Shown: piece after piece, positions 46,622 through 56,322 of the stretch | How positions within the stretch are numbered: the stretch's first letter is position 1 | How the letters are laid out: each line of letters begins with the position of its first letter | Assembly: GCA_024274785.1 (NCBI GenBank) | Contig: JAJSAM010000026.1 | Span: 47,048-111,047, forward strand | DNA: 64,000 nt | Direction: 5' to 3' | DNA from: Planctomycetota bacterium | Lineage (GTDB): Bacteria > Planctomycetota > JAJSAM01 | Notes under the pieces: generated by a model | What the model saw: only the letters and a program-made list of their open reading frames with translations | What the model was told of the DNA's origin: nothing | Databases searched by the model: none | Position numbers and translations under genes: made by a program

Positions 46622-48628
46622 ATGGATGACAATACGGTCGCGACCCTCGCCTATGTGATCCTGTTCGCCCCCGTTGTGGCGGCGATCCTGATCACACTGT
46701 TCACCCGCAAGTCGAAGGGAATCTCGGCGTTCCTCTCGGTCGGTTCGGTGGTTACCGGCGGCATTCTCTCGGTGATCCTCCTTTTCGACCAACTCGCCAA
46801 GGGGCCCGGCACTCCTCCGGTCATCTCCCAGTTTGAATGGGCGGCGGCCAGGGACAGTGCCATCGGGGACATCGTCCTCAACATCGGCGTGCAGGTGGAC
46901 TTCATCTCCATTCTCATGTCGACGATCGTCGGCGTGGTCGGCTCGTGCATCTTCGTGTACGCGCTCGGTTACATGAAGGGGGATGAGGGGTGGTCGAGGT
47001 TCTTCGCGAAGTTCGCCTTTTTCGCCTTCTCAATGCTCGGCATCACGTACGCCACGAACTTCGTCCAGATCTTCATCTTCTGGGAGTTGGTCGGGGTCTC
47101 GTCCTACCTCCTGATCGGCTATTTCTACCAGAAGCCATCGGCGACGGATGCGGGCAAGAAGGCGTTCATGACGAACCGCATCGGCGACTTCGGCATGACA
47201 CTCGGCATCCTGCTGCTCTTCTTCGCGGTGCGGGATGTCTTCGGCGCGGTCGACGGGTTCTCGTTCGTGGAACTTCAGCGGATCTTCACCGACGAGGCCA
47301 GCCGGACGCTGCTCTTTGACGCGATGGGGTGGAAGGCCGGACTCGGCGCCTTCCTGATCTTCGTCGGTGCGATGGGCAAGTCGGCCCAGTTCCCGCTGCA
47401 CGTCTGGCTGCCGGATGCCATGGAAGGTCCGACGCCGGTCTCGGCTCTCATGCACGCCGCCACCATGGTGGCCGCGGGCGTGTACATGATCGTTCGTTGC
47501 TACTGGCTGTTCGCCTGGGCCGAGAGCGCCATGATCGCCATCGCCTGGATCGGCGGTATCACCGCGCTGATGGCCGCGACGATCGCGGTGGTGCAGAACG
47601 ATATCAAGAAGATCCTCGCCTACTCCACCCTCTCGCAGCTCGGCTATATGGTCATGGCCTGCGGGATGTGGGGCGCGGGTGCGGGGATGTTCCACCTCGC
47701 GACGCACGCCTTCTTCAAGGCCCTGCTCTTCATGGGCGCCGGCTCCGTGATCCACGCCTGTCACACCAACGACATCTGGGAGATGGGCGGGCTCGCGAAG
47801 AAGATGAAGCATACGACGTGGACATTCATCGCGGGCACGCTGGCCCTCGCCGGCATCTTCCCGCTGGCGGGTTTCTGGTCGAAGGACGAGATCCTCTCCG
47901 CCTCCCATCACATCGCGCCGCTCTACTGGATCGGCGTCGGCGTGGCCTTCCTCACCGCCTTCTACATGGGCCGCTGCGTGTTCACCGCGTTCTTCGGCAA
48001 GTACCGGGGAGACGGTCATCCGCATGAGTCCCCGGCAGTGATGTGGGTGCCGCTCGCGATCCTCGCGATCTTCGCCATCTTCGGCGGGTGGGTGGGGGCG
48101 CCCGCGGACCTGAACCCCTTCGGTGAGCACGGGCTCCAGAGCTACCTGCTCGTGGCCTACACCACGGTCGCGGAAGGTGCGCACCAGCAGGTGATCAACT
48201 GGCCGACGGGACAGGGTCACATGGCGAAATCGCTCCACATGAATGTGGCGGTGATCGGCACGCTGGTGGCGGTGGCAGGCCTGTTTGTTTCCTACCTCTT
48301 CTACGGGAGCAGGAAGTTCTCGGCGGAGAAGGCGAAGAAGATGTTCGGTCCGATCTACACCCTCGTTTCGAACAAGTACTACATCGACGAGTTCTACCTG
48401 TTCCTCGTCAAGAAGGTGCAGCAGGGCTTTGCCAACCTGTGCAGCATCGTGGAGCAGCACATCATCATCGGGATCTTCGTCAATGGGCTCGCGGGCGGCG
48501 CTCGCGAGGCGGGCGACAAGTTCCGGAAGATGCAGACCGGCCGGGTCAACACTTACGTCACGATGATCCTCGGCGGGCTGACGCTGCTGGTGTTCCTCTT
48601 CGTGGTTGGCAAAGAGTTCTGGGGGTAG
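46622..48628 (+). CDS. nuoL: NADH-quinone oxidoreductase subunit L.
   Basis: A 668-aa antiporter-like subunit with the long C-terminal helical extension typical of NuoL. Confidence 0.9.
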   Translation: MDDNTVATLAYVILFAPVVAAILITLFTRKSKGISAFLSVGSVVTGGILSVILLFDQLAKGPGTPPVISQFEWAAARDSAIGDIVLNIGVQVDFISILMSTIVGVVGSCIFVYALGYMKGDEGWSRFFAKFAFFAFSMLGITYATNFVQIFIFWELVGVSSYLLIGYFYQKPSATDAGKKAFMTNRIGDFGMTLGILLLFFAVRDVFGAVDGFSFVELQRIFTDEASRTLLFDAMGWKAGLGAFLIFVGAMGKSAQFPLHVWLPDAMEGPTPVSALMHAATMVAAGVYMIVRCYWLFAWAESAMIAIAWIGGITALMAATIAVVQNDIKKILAYSTLSQLGYMVMACGMWGAGAGMFHLATHAFFKALLFMGAGSVIHACHTNDIWEMGGLAKKMKHTTWTFIAGTLALAGIFPLAGFWSKDEILSASHHIAPLYWIGVGVAFLTAFYMGRCVFTAFFGKYRGDGHPHESPAVMWVPLAILAIFAIFGGWVGAPADLNPFGEHGLQSYLLVAYTTVAEGAHQQVINWPTGQGHMAKSLHMNVAVIGTLVAVAGLFVSYLFYGSRKFSAEKAKKMFGPIYTLVSNKYYIDEFYLFLVKKVQQGFANLCSIVEQHIIIGIFVNGLAGGAREAGDKFRKMQTGRVNTYVTMILGGLTLLVFLFVVGKEFWG

Positions 48629-48637
48629 GAGAGAGCG

Positions 48638-50269
48638 ATGCACCTATCACTCGCAACCCTGATCATTCTGGTGCCGGCGCTCACGACCCTGCTCCTGTTC
48701 TTCGTTCCGGCGAAGAAGGTGCAGGTCGTCCGCTGGCTTGCGGCCGGCGGCGCATTCTGCACGGTCATCATCTCCATCACCATGATGGCGACCTACGACA
48801 AGGCCGTCGGCGGTTGGCAGTTCACGCAGGTCGTCACCTGGGTCGAAGACCTGGGTATCTCGTGGAACGTGGGTGCCGACGGCATCTCCGTCGCGATGCT
48901 GCTCCTGACGTCCCTCGTGATCATGGCCGGCACGCTGGTCTCCTTCAAGGTTACCGACCGTCCGAAGGAGTTCTACATCCTGCTCATGGCCCTGGTAACG
49001 GGCGTGTTCGGGGTGTTCGCCGGCCGCGACATGTTCTTCTTCTACTTCTCGTATGAGCTGGCCGTCATCCCCATGTATCTCCTGATCGGGGTCTGGGGTT
49101 CGACGAACAAGGAATACGCCACGATGAAGCTCACGCTGTTCCTGACAGCGGGAGCGGTCGTGGCCCTGATCGGCCTGCTGCTGCTGTACTGGCACACGAA
49201 GGAGTTCTTCGACGCGAATCCGGCGCTCCTCGAGGCGTTCCGGAACGCGCATCCGGACTTCAGCGATGCGACGTCCAGTTCCTTCAACCTGCTGCAGGTG
49301 CAGTACGCCGCGAAGCACGCCATGGAGATGGGGGGGCCGGCGAGCCGGGAGTTCTTCTCGCTCGGCTTCCAGCTCTGGGTGTTCCCACTGATCCTGCTCG
49401 GCTTCGGCGCCATCGCCCCGATGTGGCCGCTGCACACCTGGTCGCCTGGCGGTCACGCCGCCGCGCCGTCCGCGGCCTCCATGCTGCACGCCGGCGTGTT
49501 GATGAAGCTCGGTTCCTACGGCATCATCCGCATCGGCCTGACCTGTCTGCCGGAAGGCGCCGCGAAGATCCTGCCCATCGTCGCCGCGCTCTGCATGATG
49601 AACATCATCTACGGCGGCATGGTGGCCATGGCCCAGAAGGACCTGAAGTTCGTGATCGGCTATTCGTCGTCGAGCCACATGGGCTATGTGCTGCTCGGGA
49701 TCGCCTCGATGAATGTCATCGGGCTGAACGGTGCGGTGTTCCTCATGTTCGCCCACGGCATCATGACCGCCCTCGCTTTCGGTCTCATCGGGTGGTTCTA
49801 CGACCAGACGCACACCCGAATGCTTCCGGACCTCGGAGGTCTGGCGAAACAGATACCGTTTATCGGGGTCTGCTTCACCATCATGGCGCTGGCCTCGGCC
49901 GGCCTGCCGGGCTTCGCCAACTTCGCCTCCGAGTTCATGGTGTTGATCGGCTCCTGGCAGGAAGCCGTGCGCGGGAACAGCTGGTTCTTCCTCTACACCA
50001 TCCTGGCGGTGTGGGGCATCGTGATCAGCGCCACCTATCTCCTGCGCGCGGCGCGCTGGGCCTTCTTCGGCCCGCTGAACCCGTGCTGGGAGGGGAAAAT
50101 CAAGGACGCCGACACCTGGTTCTGGCGCGCGCCCTTCATCATGCTGATCGCCGCGCTGGTGCTCTTCGGTTGCTACCCGAAGCTGCTGATCGACGTGATC
50201 GCCACCGGTACCGGACCGATCGTCGATATCATCGAAAACGCTCGTCAAGCCGTCGCGGGGATCAAGTGA
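48638..50269 (+). CDS. nuoM: NADH-quinone oxidoreductase subunit M.
   Basis: A 543-aa antiporter-like subunit. WPLHTWSPGGHAAAPSAASMLHAGVLMKLGSYG is the NuoM signature. Confidence 0.9.
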   Translation: MHLSLATLIILVPALTTLLLFFVPAKKVQVVRWLAAGGAFCTVIISITMMATYDKAVGGWQFTQVVTWVEDLGISWNVGADGISVAMLLLTSLVIMAGTLVSFKVTDRPKEFYILLMALVTGVFGVFAGRDMFFFYFSYELAVIPMYLLIGVWGSTNKEYATMKLTLFLTAGAVVALIGLLLLYWHTKEFFDANPALLEAFRNAHPDFSDATSSSFNLLQVQYAAKHAMEMGGPASREFFSLGFQLWVFPLILLGFGAIAPMWPLHTWSPGGHAAAPSAASMLHAGVLMKLGSYGIIRIGLTCLPEGAAKILPIVAALCMMNIIYGGMVAMAQKDLKFVIGYSSSSHMGYVLLGIASMNVIGLNGAVFLMFAHGIMTALAFGLIGWFYDQTHTRMLPDLGGLAKQIPFIGVCFTIMALASAGLPGFANFASEFMVLIGSWQEAVRGNSWFFLYTILAVWGIVISATYLLRAARWAFFGPLNPCWEGKIKDADTWFWRAPFIMLIAALVLFGCYPKLLIDVIATGTGPIVDIIENARQAVAGIK

Positions 50270-51816
50270 TGGATGCCATGAACCTCCACTTGATGCTCCC
50301 GGAGATCTACCTGGTCCTCCTGGGGCTCGTCATTCTGATCGCGGACCTCTACCTGGCCCCGGAGAAGCGCTTCAACCTGGGTTGGTGGACGGCCGGCGGC
50401 CTTTCTGTGCTGGCGGTCTGGCTCTTCGCCACGCCGACTCCGGAGACCGTCGAGTTCGCCGGATTCGGCCTGTACCGGGCCGATGGTTTCGCGCTCTTCA
50501 TGAAGAAGGTGTTCGCGCTGACCGGCATCCTGGTCGCGGTGATGAGCACCGGATACCTGAAGCGCTACGGCCGCGGTCCGGGTGAGTTCTTCAGCCTCGT
50601 GATCTTCGCGCTCACCGGAATGTTCATGGTCGCCAGCGTCAACGACTTCATGTCCCTCTTCGTGTCACTCGAACTCGTCACTCTCTGTCTGTTCATCCTG
50701 GCCGCCTACCGCCGCCACGACAAGTTGAGCGGTGAAGCCGGCATCAAGTACATCATCGTCGGGGCGATGGCCGCGGGCCTGATGCTCTTCGGTATGGCTT
50801 TCATCTACGGCGCCACCGGAGAGGTGCGCTTCACGTACATGGGGGCGGACGGCCAGTTGGTCCTGCTCTCCCAGACCGTGGCGAACCTCGAGAGCGGCTG
50901 GCAGATGACCGCGCTCTTCGGCTTCACGGTGTTGCTGGTGGGGCTCGGTTTCAAGGTCGCCGCGGTGCCGTTCCACGTCTGGGTACCGGATGTCTACCAG
51001 GGCGCTCCGACCCCGGTTACCGCCTTTCTTTCGGTGGGCAGCAAGGCCGCGGGCTTCATCCTGATCATCCGGGTGATCACTCTGGTCGTCCCAACGATTG
51101 CGCCGGGCGCCGATCTCGCGCTGGTCGATCAGCTGGTGAAACTTTTCGCCCTGATTGCCGGCCTGACGCTCTTCTACGGAAACCTCGCGGCTATCCCGCA
51201 GAAGAACCTGAAGCGCCTGATGGGTTTCTCTTCGATCGGCCACGCCGGTTACCTGTTGCTCGGCATCGTTGCGGTTCTCGCCATGAAGGCGGCCGGCGAG
51301 GAGACGATGAACGGCGTCTCGGCCATCGCCTTCTACCTGTTCGCCTATGTGTTCACGAACATGGCGATGTTCATCGGCATGGTGATCTTCACCCAGGGCT
51401 CCGAGGACAGTCACGCGATCGACGACTACGCGGGTCTCGGCAAGCGGGCGCCTCTGTTGGCGCTCTGCATGACCATCGCACTGCTGTCCCTGGCCGGAGT
51501 TCCGCCGCTGGCGGGTTTCTTCGGGAAGTTCTACCTGATCTCATCGATCGTCGAGGCGGCGCGGCTTGATGGTTACGGCTGGTTGCTGGTGCTCGCCGCC
51601 GCCGGCGCGGTGAACGTCGTGATCTCCATGTACTACTATCTCTGCGTCGTGAAGCGGATGTACATGCTGGAGCCGACGAGCGACGAGCCGATCCACCTGC
51701 CGCCACCGGCCAAGATCGCCATGGTGGCCTGCATCGTGCTGGTGGTGGTGATCGGCATCTTCCAGGGCCCGTTCGTACAGATGGCAACGGGTGTGCTGGC
51801 GACGCTGGGGTTCTGA
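50269..51816 (+). CDS. nuoN: NADH-quinone oxidoreductase subunit N.
   Basis: The start overlaps the nuoM stop (ATGA-type). The block VAAVPFHVWVPDVYQGAPTPVTAFLSVGSKAAGF is typical of NuoN. Confidence 0.9.
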   Translation: MDAMNLHLMLPEIYLVLLGLVILIADLYLAPEKRFNLGWWTAGGLSVLAVWLFATPTPETVEFAGFGLYRADGFALFMKKVFALTGILVAVMSTGYLKRYGRGPGEFFSLVIFALTGMFMVASVNDFMSLFVSLELVTLCLFILAAYRRHDKLSGEAGIKYIIVGAMAAGLMLFGMAFIYGATGEVRFTYMGADGQLVLLSQTVANLESGWQMTALFGFTVLLVGLGFKVAAVPFHVWVPDVYQGAPTPVTAFLSVGSKAAGFILIIRVITLVVPTIAPGADLALVDQLVKLFALIAGLTLFYGNLAAIPQKNLKRLMGFSSIGHAGYLLLGIVAVLAMKAAGEETMNGVSAIAFYLFAYVFTNMAMFIGMVIFTQGSEDSHAIDDYAGLGKRAPLLALCMTIALLSLAGVPPLAGFFGKFYLISSIVEAARLDGYGWLLVLAAAGAVNVVISMYYYLCVVKRMYMLEPTSDEPIHLPPPAKIAMVACIVLVVVIGIFQGPFVQMATGVLATLGF

Positions 51817-51819
51817 CCC

Positions 51820-51880
51820 GCAACTCTCACCGGTGCGGACGATTCGAGGGTGGTCGCGGGGCATGTACCGGTGAGGGAAG
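51820..51880 (+). terminator. Possible stem-loop just after nuoN (CTCACCGGT ... ACCGGTGAG).
   Basis: A 9-bp perfect inverted repeat separated by about 33 nt. No U-tract follows, so it is not a canonical intrinsic terminator. Confidence 0.2.
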
Positions 51881-51984
51881 CGGGCGAGAGGTATCCATGC
51901 GTCTCCGGTTTGCCCCCCTGGAGGATTCCGACACTCGACCTGAGTTGGCTTGATACTCCCGGTGCGGGCTAGAATGCTCCGGCC

Positions 51985-52290
51985 ATGGCAGAGCTACGAA
52001 TCAGACGGGACAGTTGCATTCGCGTTCCCGAGGAGATCTACGACGCCCTCGGCATGTTCCCCGGCACGAAGATCCGGGTGAATCTCGTGGGAAAGCAGAT
52101 CATCATCGAGAAGGTGGAGATGGCTGACGACCCCTTCGCCGCCGCCGCGGAAGGCCCGGACACCTCGGCGATCGAGAAGATCCAGCAGCAACAGAAGGAC
52201 GCGGCCCGGAGAGCGCGGGATCTCTTCGAGGAGATGATGGAGAATCCCCCGGAGATCAAGCCGGAGGACAACCCGGACCTCTGGCGCTGA
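51985..52290 (+). CDS. AbrB/MazE/SpoVT-family DNA-binding protein (antitoxin-like) with an acidic C-terminal tail.
   Basis: The N-terminal 45 aa (AELRIRRDSCIRVPEEIYDALGMFPGTKIRVNLVGKQIIIEKVE) fit the swapped-hairpin fold. No adjacent toxin gene is present. Confidence 0.55.
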   Translation: MAELRIRRDSCIRVPEEIYDALGMFPGTKIRVNLVGKQIIIEKVEMADDPFAAAAEGPDTSAIEKIQQQQKDAARRARDLFEEMMENPPEIKPEDNPDLWR

Positions 52291-52369
52291 TCGGAGTCGT
52301 CGGAAAGATCCTCCAGCGTTTTCCTGTTCCACTCGCCACGGCTCCGGCGTGGTCCGGGCTCGCGGCCCC

Positions 52370-52936
52370 TTACGAGTGGCGCTCTTCCTCGAATGGATCG
52401 GCGCTGCTCGAGTAGCCTCGCATCTCCCAGAATCCGGGGCGGTCCTCGGCGATGAACTCGATGGAGCGGACCCACTTGGCGCTCTTCCACGAGTACTTTT
52501 TCGGCAGCACCAGGCGGACCGGGAAGCCGTGCTCCGGGGTGAGGGGTTCGCCGGCGAGGCTGTCCGCCAGCATGGCATCTGGGTCGCGGAGGTCATCGAG
52601 CGCCACGTTCGTCGTGTAGCCGCCGTCGCACTGGATGAAGACGAACCGGGCCGTGGGCATCGGGTGGACGCGGCCCAGGATGTGGGTCATCGAATCCCCA
52701 CCCCACTCGAGGTCGTATCTCGACCAGGTGGTGACGCAATGGAAGTCGGACTTCCGGGTCACCCGCGGAAGCAGCCGGAAGGCGCGATAGTCGAACTCAC
52801 AGGGAGACTCGACGAGTCCTCCGACCCGGAGGTCCCAGGTTTCGGCAGAGAAATGCGGGATGGAGCCCACGTGCAGGACGGGGAGATCCTTCGTCAGGTA
52901 TTGTCCCGGGGGGAGTCGGTCCTTCTGCTCAGGCAT
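52370..52936 (-). CDS. Small cytoplasmic molybdopterin-dependent oxidoreductase of the sulfite-oxidase / YedY-like fold.
   Basis: The start is MPEQKDRLPPGQY. It matches the Mo-binding domain of the sulfite oxidase family (HFSAETWDLRVGGLVESP...CVTTWS). No Tat or signal peptide is present. The track ORF extends 65 aa upstream without support. Confidence 0.65.
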   Translation of the reverse strand: MPEQKDRLPPGQYLTKDLPVLHVGSIPHFSAETWDLRVGGLVESPCEFDYRAFRLLPRVTRKSDFHCVTTWSRYDLEWGGDSMTHILGRVHPMPTARFVFIQCDGGYTTNVALDDLRDPDAMLADSLAGEPLTPEHGFPVRLVLPKKYSWKSAKWVRSIEFIAEDRPGFWEMRGYSSSADPFEEERHS

Positions 52937-53096
52937 GACGGGATTGTATGGAGGAAGTCCCTCGCACCTAGCAAAAGGTTCCCGAATGATCGTTTGACCG
53001 GTCGAGGATTCGATTCTCGTTTGGCAGCCCGGCCATCCGGCCCTACAATCCCTCCATGGGCGAGCAAACACCTCCCACTGACAGCGGGGCAAAGGC

Positions 53097-53672
53097 GTGA
53101 AAAAGGACGAGCGGCTCGGGCAGATCCTCAAGCACGCGGCGCAGGTCTTCTACGACAAAGGGTATGACCGCGCCTCGATCCGGGATATCGCAAGACAGGC
53201 CGATATGAGCCTGGCGGGGCTCTATTACTACTTCCGGTCGAAGGAAGAGCTGCTCTTCCTGATCCAGAAGCACGTCTTCACGGAGTTGCTGGATGCGGTC
53301 CGCGGTGAACTCGAGTCGACGACCGATCCGGTCGGGCAACTCGAGATCTTCATCCGCAACCACCTCCGGTACTTCATCGGCAACCTGGTGGAGATGAAGG
53401 TGCTCAGTCACGAGTTCGAGTGTCTGAAGGGCGACTACCACGACAGCATCGCCGGATTGCGCCGCGACTACTACGAGGTGGCCGAGGGCATCGTCGCGAA
53501 GATCACGGAGGCGGGAGGCGGTACGGAGGTCAAGCCCCGGGTCGCCGTGCTCGGGATGTTCGGGATGATGAACTGGCTCTACACCTGGTATCGCCCGGAA
53601 CTCGATGGCACCGCGGACGACCTCGCTGCCCAGATGAGCGTTTTGTACCAGAAGGGCCTGGCGGCGGGCTGA
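53097..53672 (+). CDS. TetR-family transcriptional regulator.
   Basis: The N-terminal helix-turn-helix (ASIRDIARQADMSLAGLYYYFRSKEEL) is a TetR signature. The start codon is GTG. Confidence 0.8.
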   Translation: MKKDERLGQILKHAAQVFYDKGYDRASIRDIARQADMSLAGLYYYFRSKEELLFLIQKHVFTELLDAVRGELESTTDPVGQLEIFIRNHLRYFIGNLVEMKVLSHEFECLKGDYHDSIAGLRRDYYEVAEGIVAKITEAGGGTEVKPRVAVLGMFGMMNWLYTWYRPELDGTADDLAAQMSVLYQKGLAAG

Positions 53673-53679
53673 GTCACCG

Positions 53680-54552
53680 ATGGGGAAGGTGGTCATTCTC
53701 GACGGAGAGGTGCTCTCCGCGGCCGATGCCCGGATCTCCGTGTTCGACCACGGTTTTCTGTTCGGGGACTCCGTGTACGACGTGGTCCGGACTCGTCAGG
53801 GGGTGCCGTTCCTCCTTCAGCCGCACCTGGCGCGGCTGAAGCGCAGTGCCGTCGAGATCGGCCTCGAGATCCCGGCCACCGACCTCGAACTGACGGAGCA
53901 GGTGGACCGGGCTATCGCCGCGGCCGGTAACGAAGAGAGCTACGTCCGGATCGTCGTGACCCGTGGCGTCGGAGACCTCGAACTCTTCCCCGGCACGTGT
54001 GGCCGACCGACCCTGATCCTGATCGCCCTGCCGCTGCGGCTGCCCGCCCCTCACGTATACGAGCGGGGCATCCGCCTGGCCGTCGTCGACCGCCGCCGGA
54101 ACGACCCCCGGGCGCTCAATCCGGATGCCAAGACCGGGAACTACCTGAACAACGTCCTGGCCATGTCCGAGGCCCGGAAAAGGGGTGCCGACGATGCGGT
54201 GATGCTGAACACCGGCGGTTTCCTGACCGAATTGACCACCGCGAACCTGTTCTTCGTCAGGGACTCCGTGGTCCACACTCCGGCGCTCGACTCCGGCATC
54301 CTGAACGGCATCACGAGATCCCTGGTGATGCGCATGCTCGGGGAGGAGGGGGTGGATTGCCGGGAGGGACGCTACACCCGGGCGGACCTCCTGGCCGCAG
54401 AGGAGGTCTTCCTCACCTCGACGACGCGCGATGCGGTTCCGGTGCGGCAGGTGGACGATCAGGTGATCGGGGAAGGGGCGGCGGGTCCGGTGGCGCGGTT
54501 GCTCTTTGCCCGCTTCGGGGCCCTCACACCACCGACATTCGTCGGGCCGTGA
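53680..54552 (+). CDS. Class IV (fold-type IV) PLP-dependent aminotransferase, of the branched-chain / D-amino acid aminotransferase / ADC lyase family.
   Basis: FGDSVYDVVRT, the catalytic-Lys region, and TGNYL...EAFLT are typical blocks of the family. Confidence 0.8.
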   Translation: MGKVVILDGEVLSAADARISVFDHGFLFGDSVYDVVRTRQGVPFLLQPHLARLKRSAVEIGLEIPATDLELTEQVDRAIAAAGNEESYVRIVVTRGVGDLELFPGTCGRPTLILIALPLRLPAPHVYERGIRLAVVDRRRNDPRALNPDAKTGNYLNNVLAMSEARKRGADDAVMLNTGGFLTELTTANLFFVRDSVVHTPALDSGILNGITRSLVMRMLGEEGVDCREGRYTRADLLAAEEVFLTSTTRDAVPVRQVDDQVIGEGAAGPVARLLFARFGALTPPTFVGP

Positions 54553-56215
54553 TCAGCGAGTAGATCAGCAACGGCAGCGCGATCACACCCATCAGCACCA
54601 GGGAAAGGGATGCCACGTTCGCTTCGTAGGCGATGTGGACCCAGGTGTAGATCTTCATCATGGCGGTGCGGTTGCCGGACTGAATCAGGACGATCGTATC
54701 GAGTTCCCGCAGCGAGAAGATGAAGCCGAGCACGAACCCGGCCGCGATGCCCTTCCAGGCCAGCGGAGAAACCACCGCCACCATCCGGCGCAGCCACGAC
54801 GCTCCGGCGACCGCGGCCGCATCCTCGTAGCGGGGATCGGATCGCTTGATGCTGGTCATGATCGCCGCCAGCGCGAAGGGCAGGTACTTGCCGGCCAGCA
54901 TCACCACGACGATGCCCCAGGTGTCGTAGATCGGGTTGTGCCGATCGATTTCGAGCCAGGTCTGATTCCAGGTGCGGATCAGGCCGGAGCCGAAGAGGAT
55001 TGGCCCGAAGGCCAGCGGCAGGAACGCCAGAACGAAGAACAGCGACTCCCGGCGGGGACCCTTGCGCACCGCGTAATGCCCGATGACGAGGGCGAGCGCC
55101 ACCATGAGGAGTGCGGCGAGGCCGGAGTACTTCAGGCTGTTCAGGAGGTCCATCAGGCCGCCGTCGGTGCTGGGGGCGAGTGCCCGTTTCATGTTGCCGA
55201 TGAAGTCACCCTCGTGGCCGATGGCCATGTTTCGGCCGATCGCGCCCACCACGGTCTGGTAGACCGGGATGCCAACGCTCACCGCCAGGGCCGAGAGGAG
55301 GAAGATGAACCCACCCGTCCGCAGCAGGAGCTTCGTGGCCAGCCGGGCACCCTCCTCCACGTCGCGGGGACGGCGATGGCCGCTCGTGATGCTCGCATAC
55401 CGGCCCTTGCGCAGGAGACGGGCGATCAGCAGCAGAAGCCCGATGGACAATACGGCTACCGGGGCGCAGAGCGCGGCGGCTTCGCGCCGGCCGGCCTGCT
55501 GTACGTAGTTCGTCGAGAACGCGGAGAACGCCTCGAAGGTGTAGGCGTTCACGCGATCCTTCACGGGGAAAATGGTGGAGAGGTAGTCCACCACCGCGAA
55601 GTCGGAAATGGAGAACAGGAAGACGAAGAGCGCCCCGGCCAAGATGCCCGGCGCGGCGAGCGGCAGGGTCACGCGCAGAAATGCCCGCACCGGTCCCCCG
55701 TGCACCCGGGCCGCTTCCTCCAGACCCGCGCCGAGTTCCAGGAATCCCTTGCGGGCGAAGAGCACCACGAAGGGGAAGTAGGAAAGGCCGAACAGGAAGG
55801 CCGAGCCCTTGATGCCGCCGAGGCTCCGCTCCAGGCCGCCGCCGCCGGCGCTGGAATCGCTCTGCGACGTCAGGAACTGGGTCCACCCCATGGCCATCAG
55901 GAGAGGCGGCAGGACGAGCGGCAGGATGTAGACTGCCGAGAAGATCGATCGGCCCGGAATCCGGACCCGCGTGCAGAAGAAGGCATAGGGCAATCCGATC
56001 AGGAGCGCCAGCAACGTCGCCAGGGTGGCGAGCCCGATCGAAGTCCCGAGCACCTTCATGCGGTAGCTCGGCGCAAAGGCCGAAATGTAGTGCGCGAGTG
56101 TGAGCCCACCATCCTCGGACAGGAACGAGTCCCCGACCACGATGAGCACCGGGACCACGCACAGGATGGCGAGAACGAGAATTGCGCCGACGAGGATAGC
56201 CCGCATCCTGTTCAC
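54524..56215 (-). CDS. ABC transporter permease with duplicated transmembrane domains (iron(III) / thiamine FbpB/ThiP-like).
   Basis: A 563-aa protein with two repeats of the binding-protein-dependent permease domain. It overlaps the aminotransferase 3' end by 29 bp (convergent). The plus ORF 54506..56239 is a shadow. Confidence 0.8.
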   Translation of the reverse strand: MNRMRAILVGAILVLAILCVVPVLIVVGDSFLSEDGGLTLAHYISAFAPSYRMKVLGTSIGLATLATLLALLIGLPYAFFCTRVRIPGRSIFSAVYILPLVLPPLLMAMGWTQFLTSQSDSSAGGGGLERSLGGIKGSAFLFGLSYFPFVVLFARKGFLELGAGLEEAARVHGGPVRAFLRVTLPLAAPGILAGALFVFLFSISDFAVVDYLSTIFPVKDRVNAYTFEAFSAFSTNYVQQAGRREAAALCAPVAVLSIGLLLLIARLLRKGRYASITSGHRRPRDVEEGARLATKLLLRTGGFIFLLSALAVSVGIPVYQTVVGAIGRNMAIGHEGDFIGNMKRALAPSTDGGLMDLLNSLKYSGLAALLMVALALVIGHYAVRKGPRRESLFFVLAFLPLAFGPILFGSGLIRTWNQTWLEIDRHNPIYDTWGIVVVMLAGKYLPFALAAIMTSIKRSDPRYEDAAAVAGASWLRRMVAVVSPLAWKGIAAGFVLGFIFSLRELDTIVLIQSGNRTAMMKIYTWVHIAYEANVASLSLVLMGVIALPLLIYSLITARRMSVV

Positions 56216-56322
56216 CTCTTCACGTCGCGCGCCGTATAGTTGGTGGTCGCCGGAGCGGAAGTGACACTCCGGCAGGAGGACGGATAACCTCCAACCGGAA
56301 GTCTATCAGAGGACAGAGCCCC

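Noticed and set aside
47030-50248. Long minus-strand ORFs of 537 and 533 aa opposite nuoL and nuoM.
   Set aside because: Antisense shadows of membrane subunit genes.
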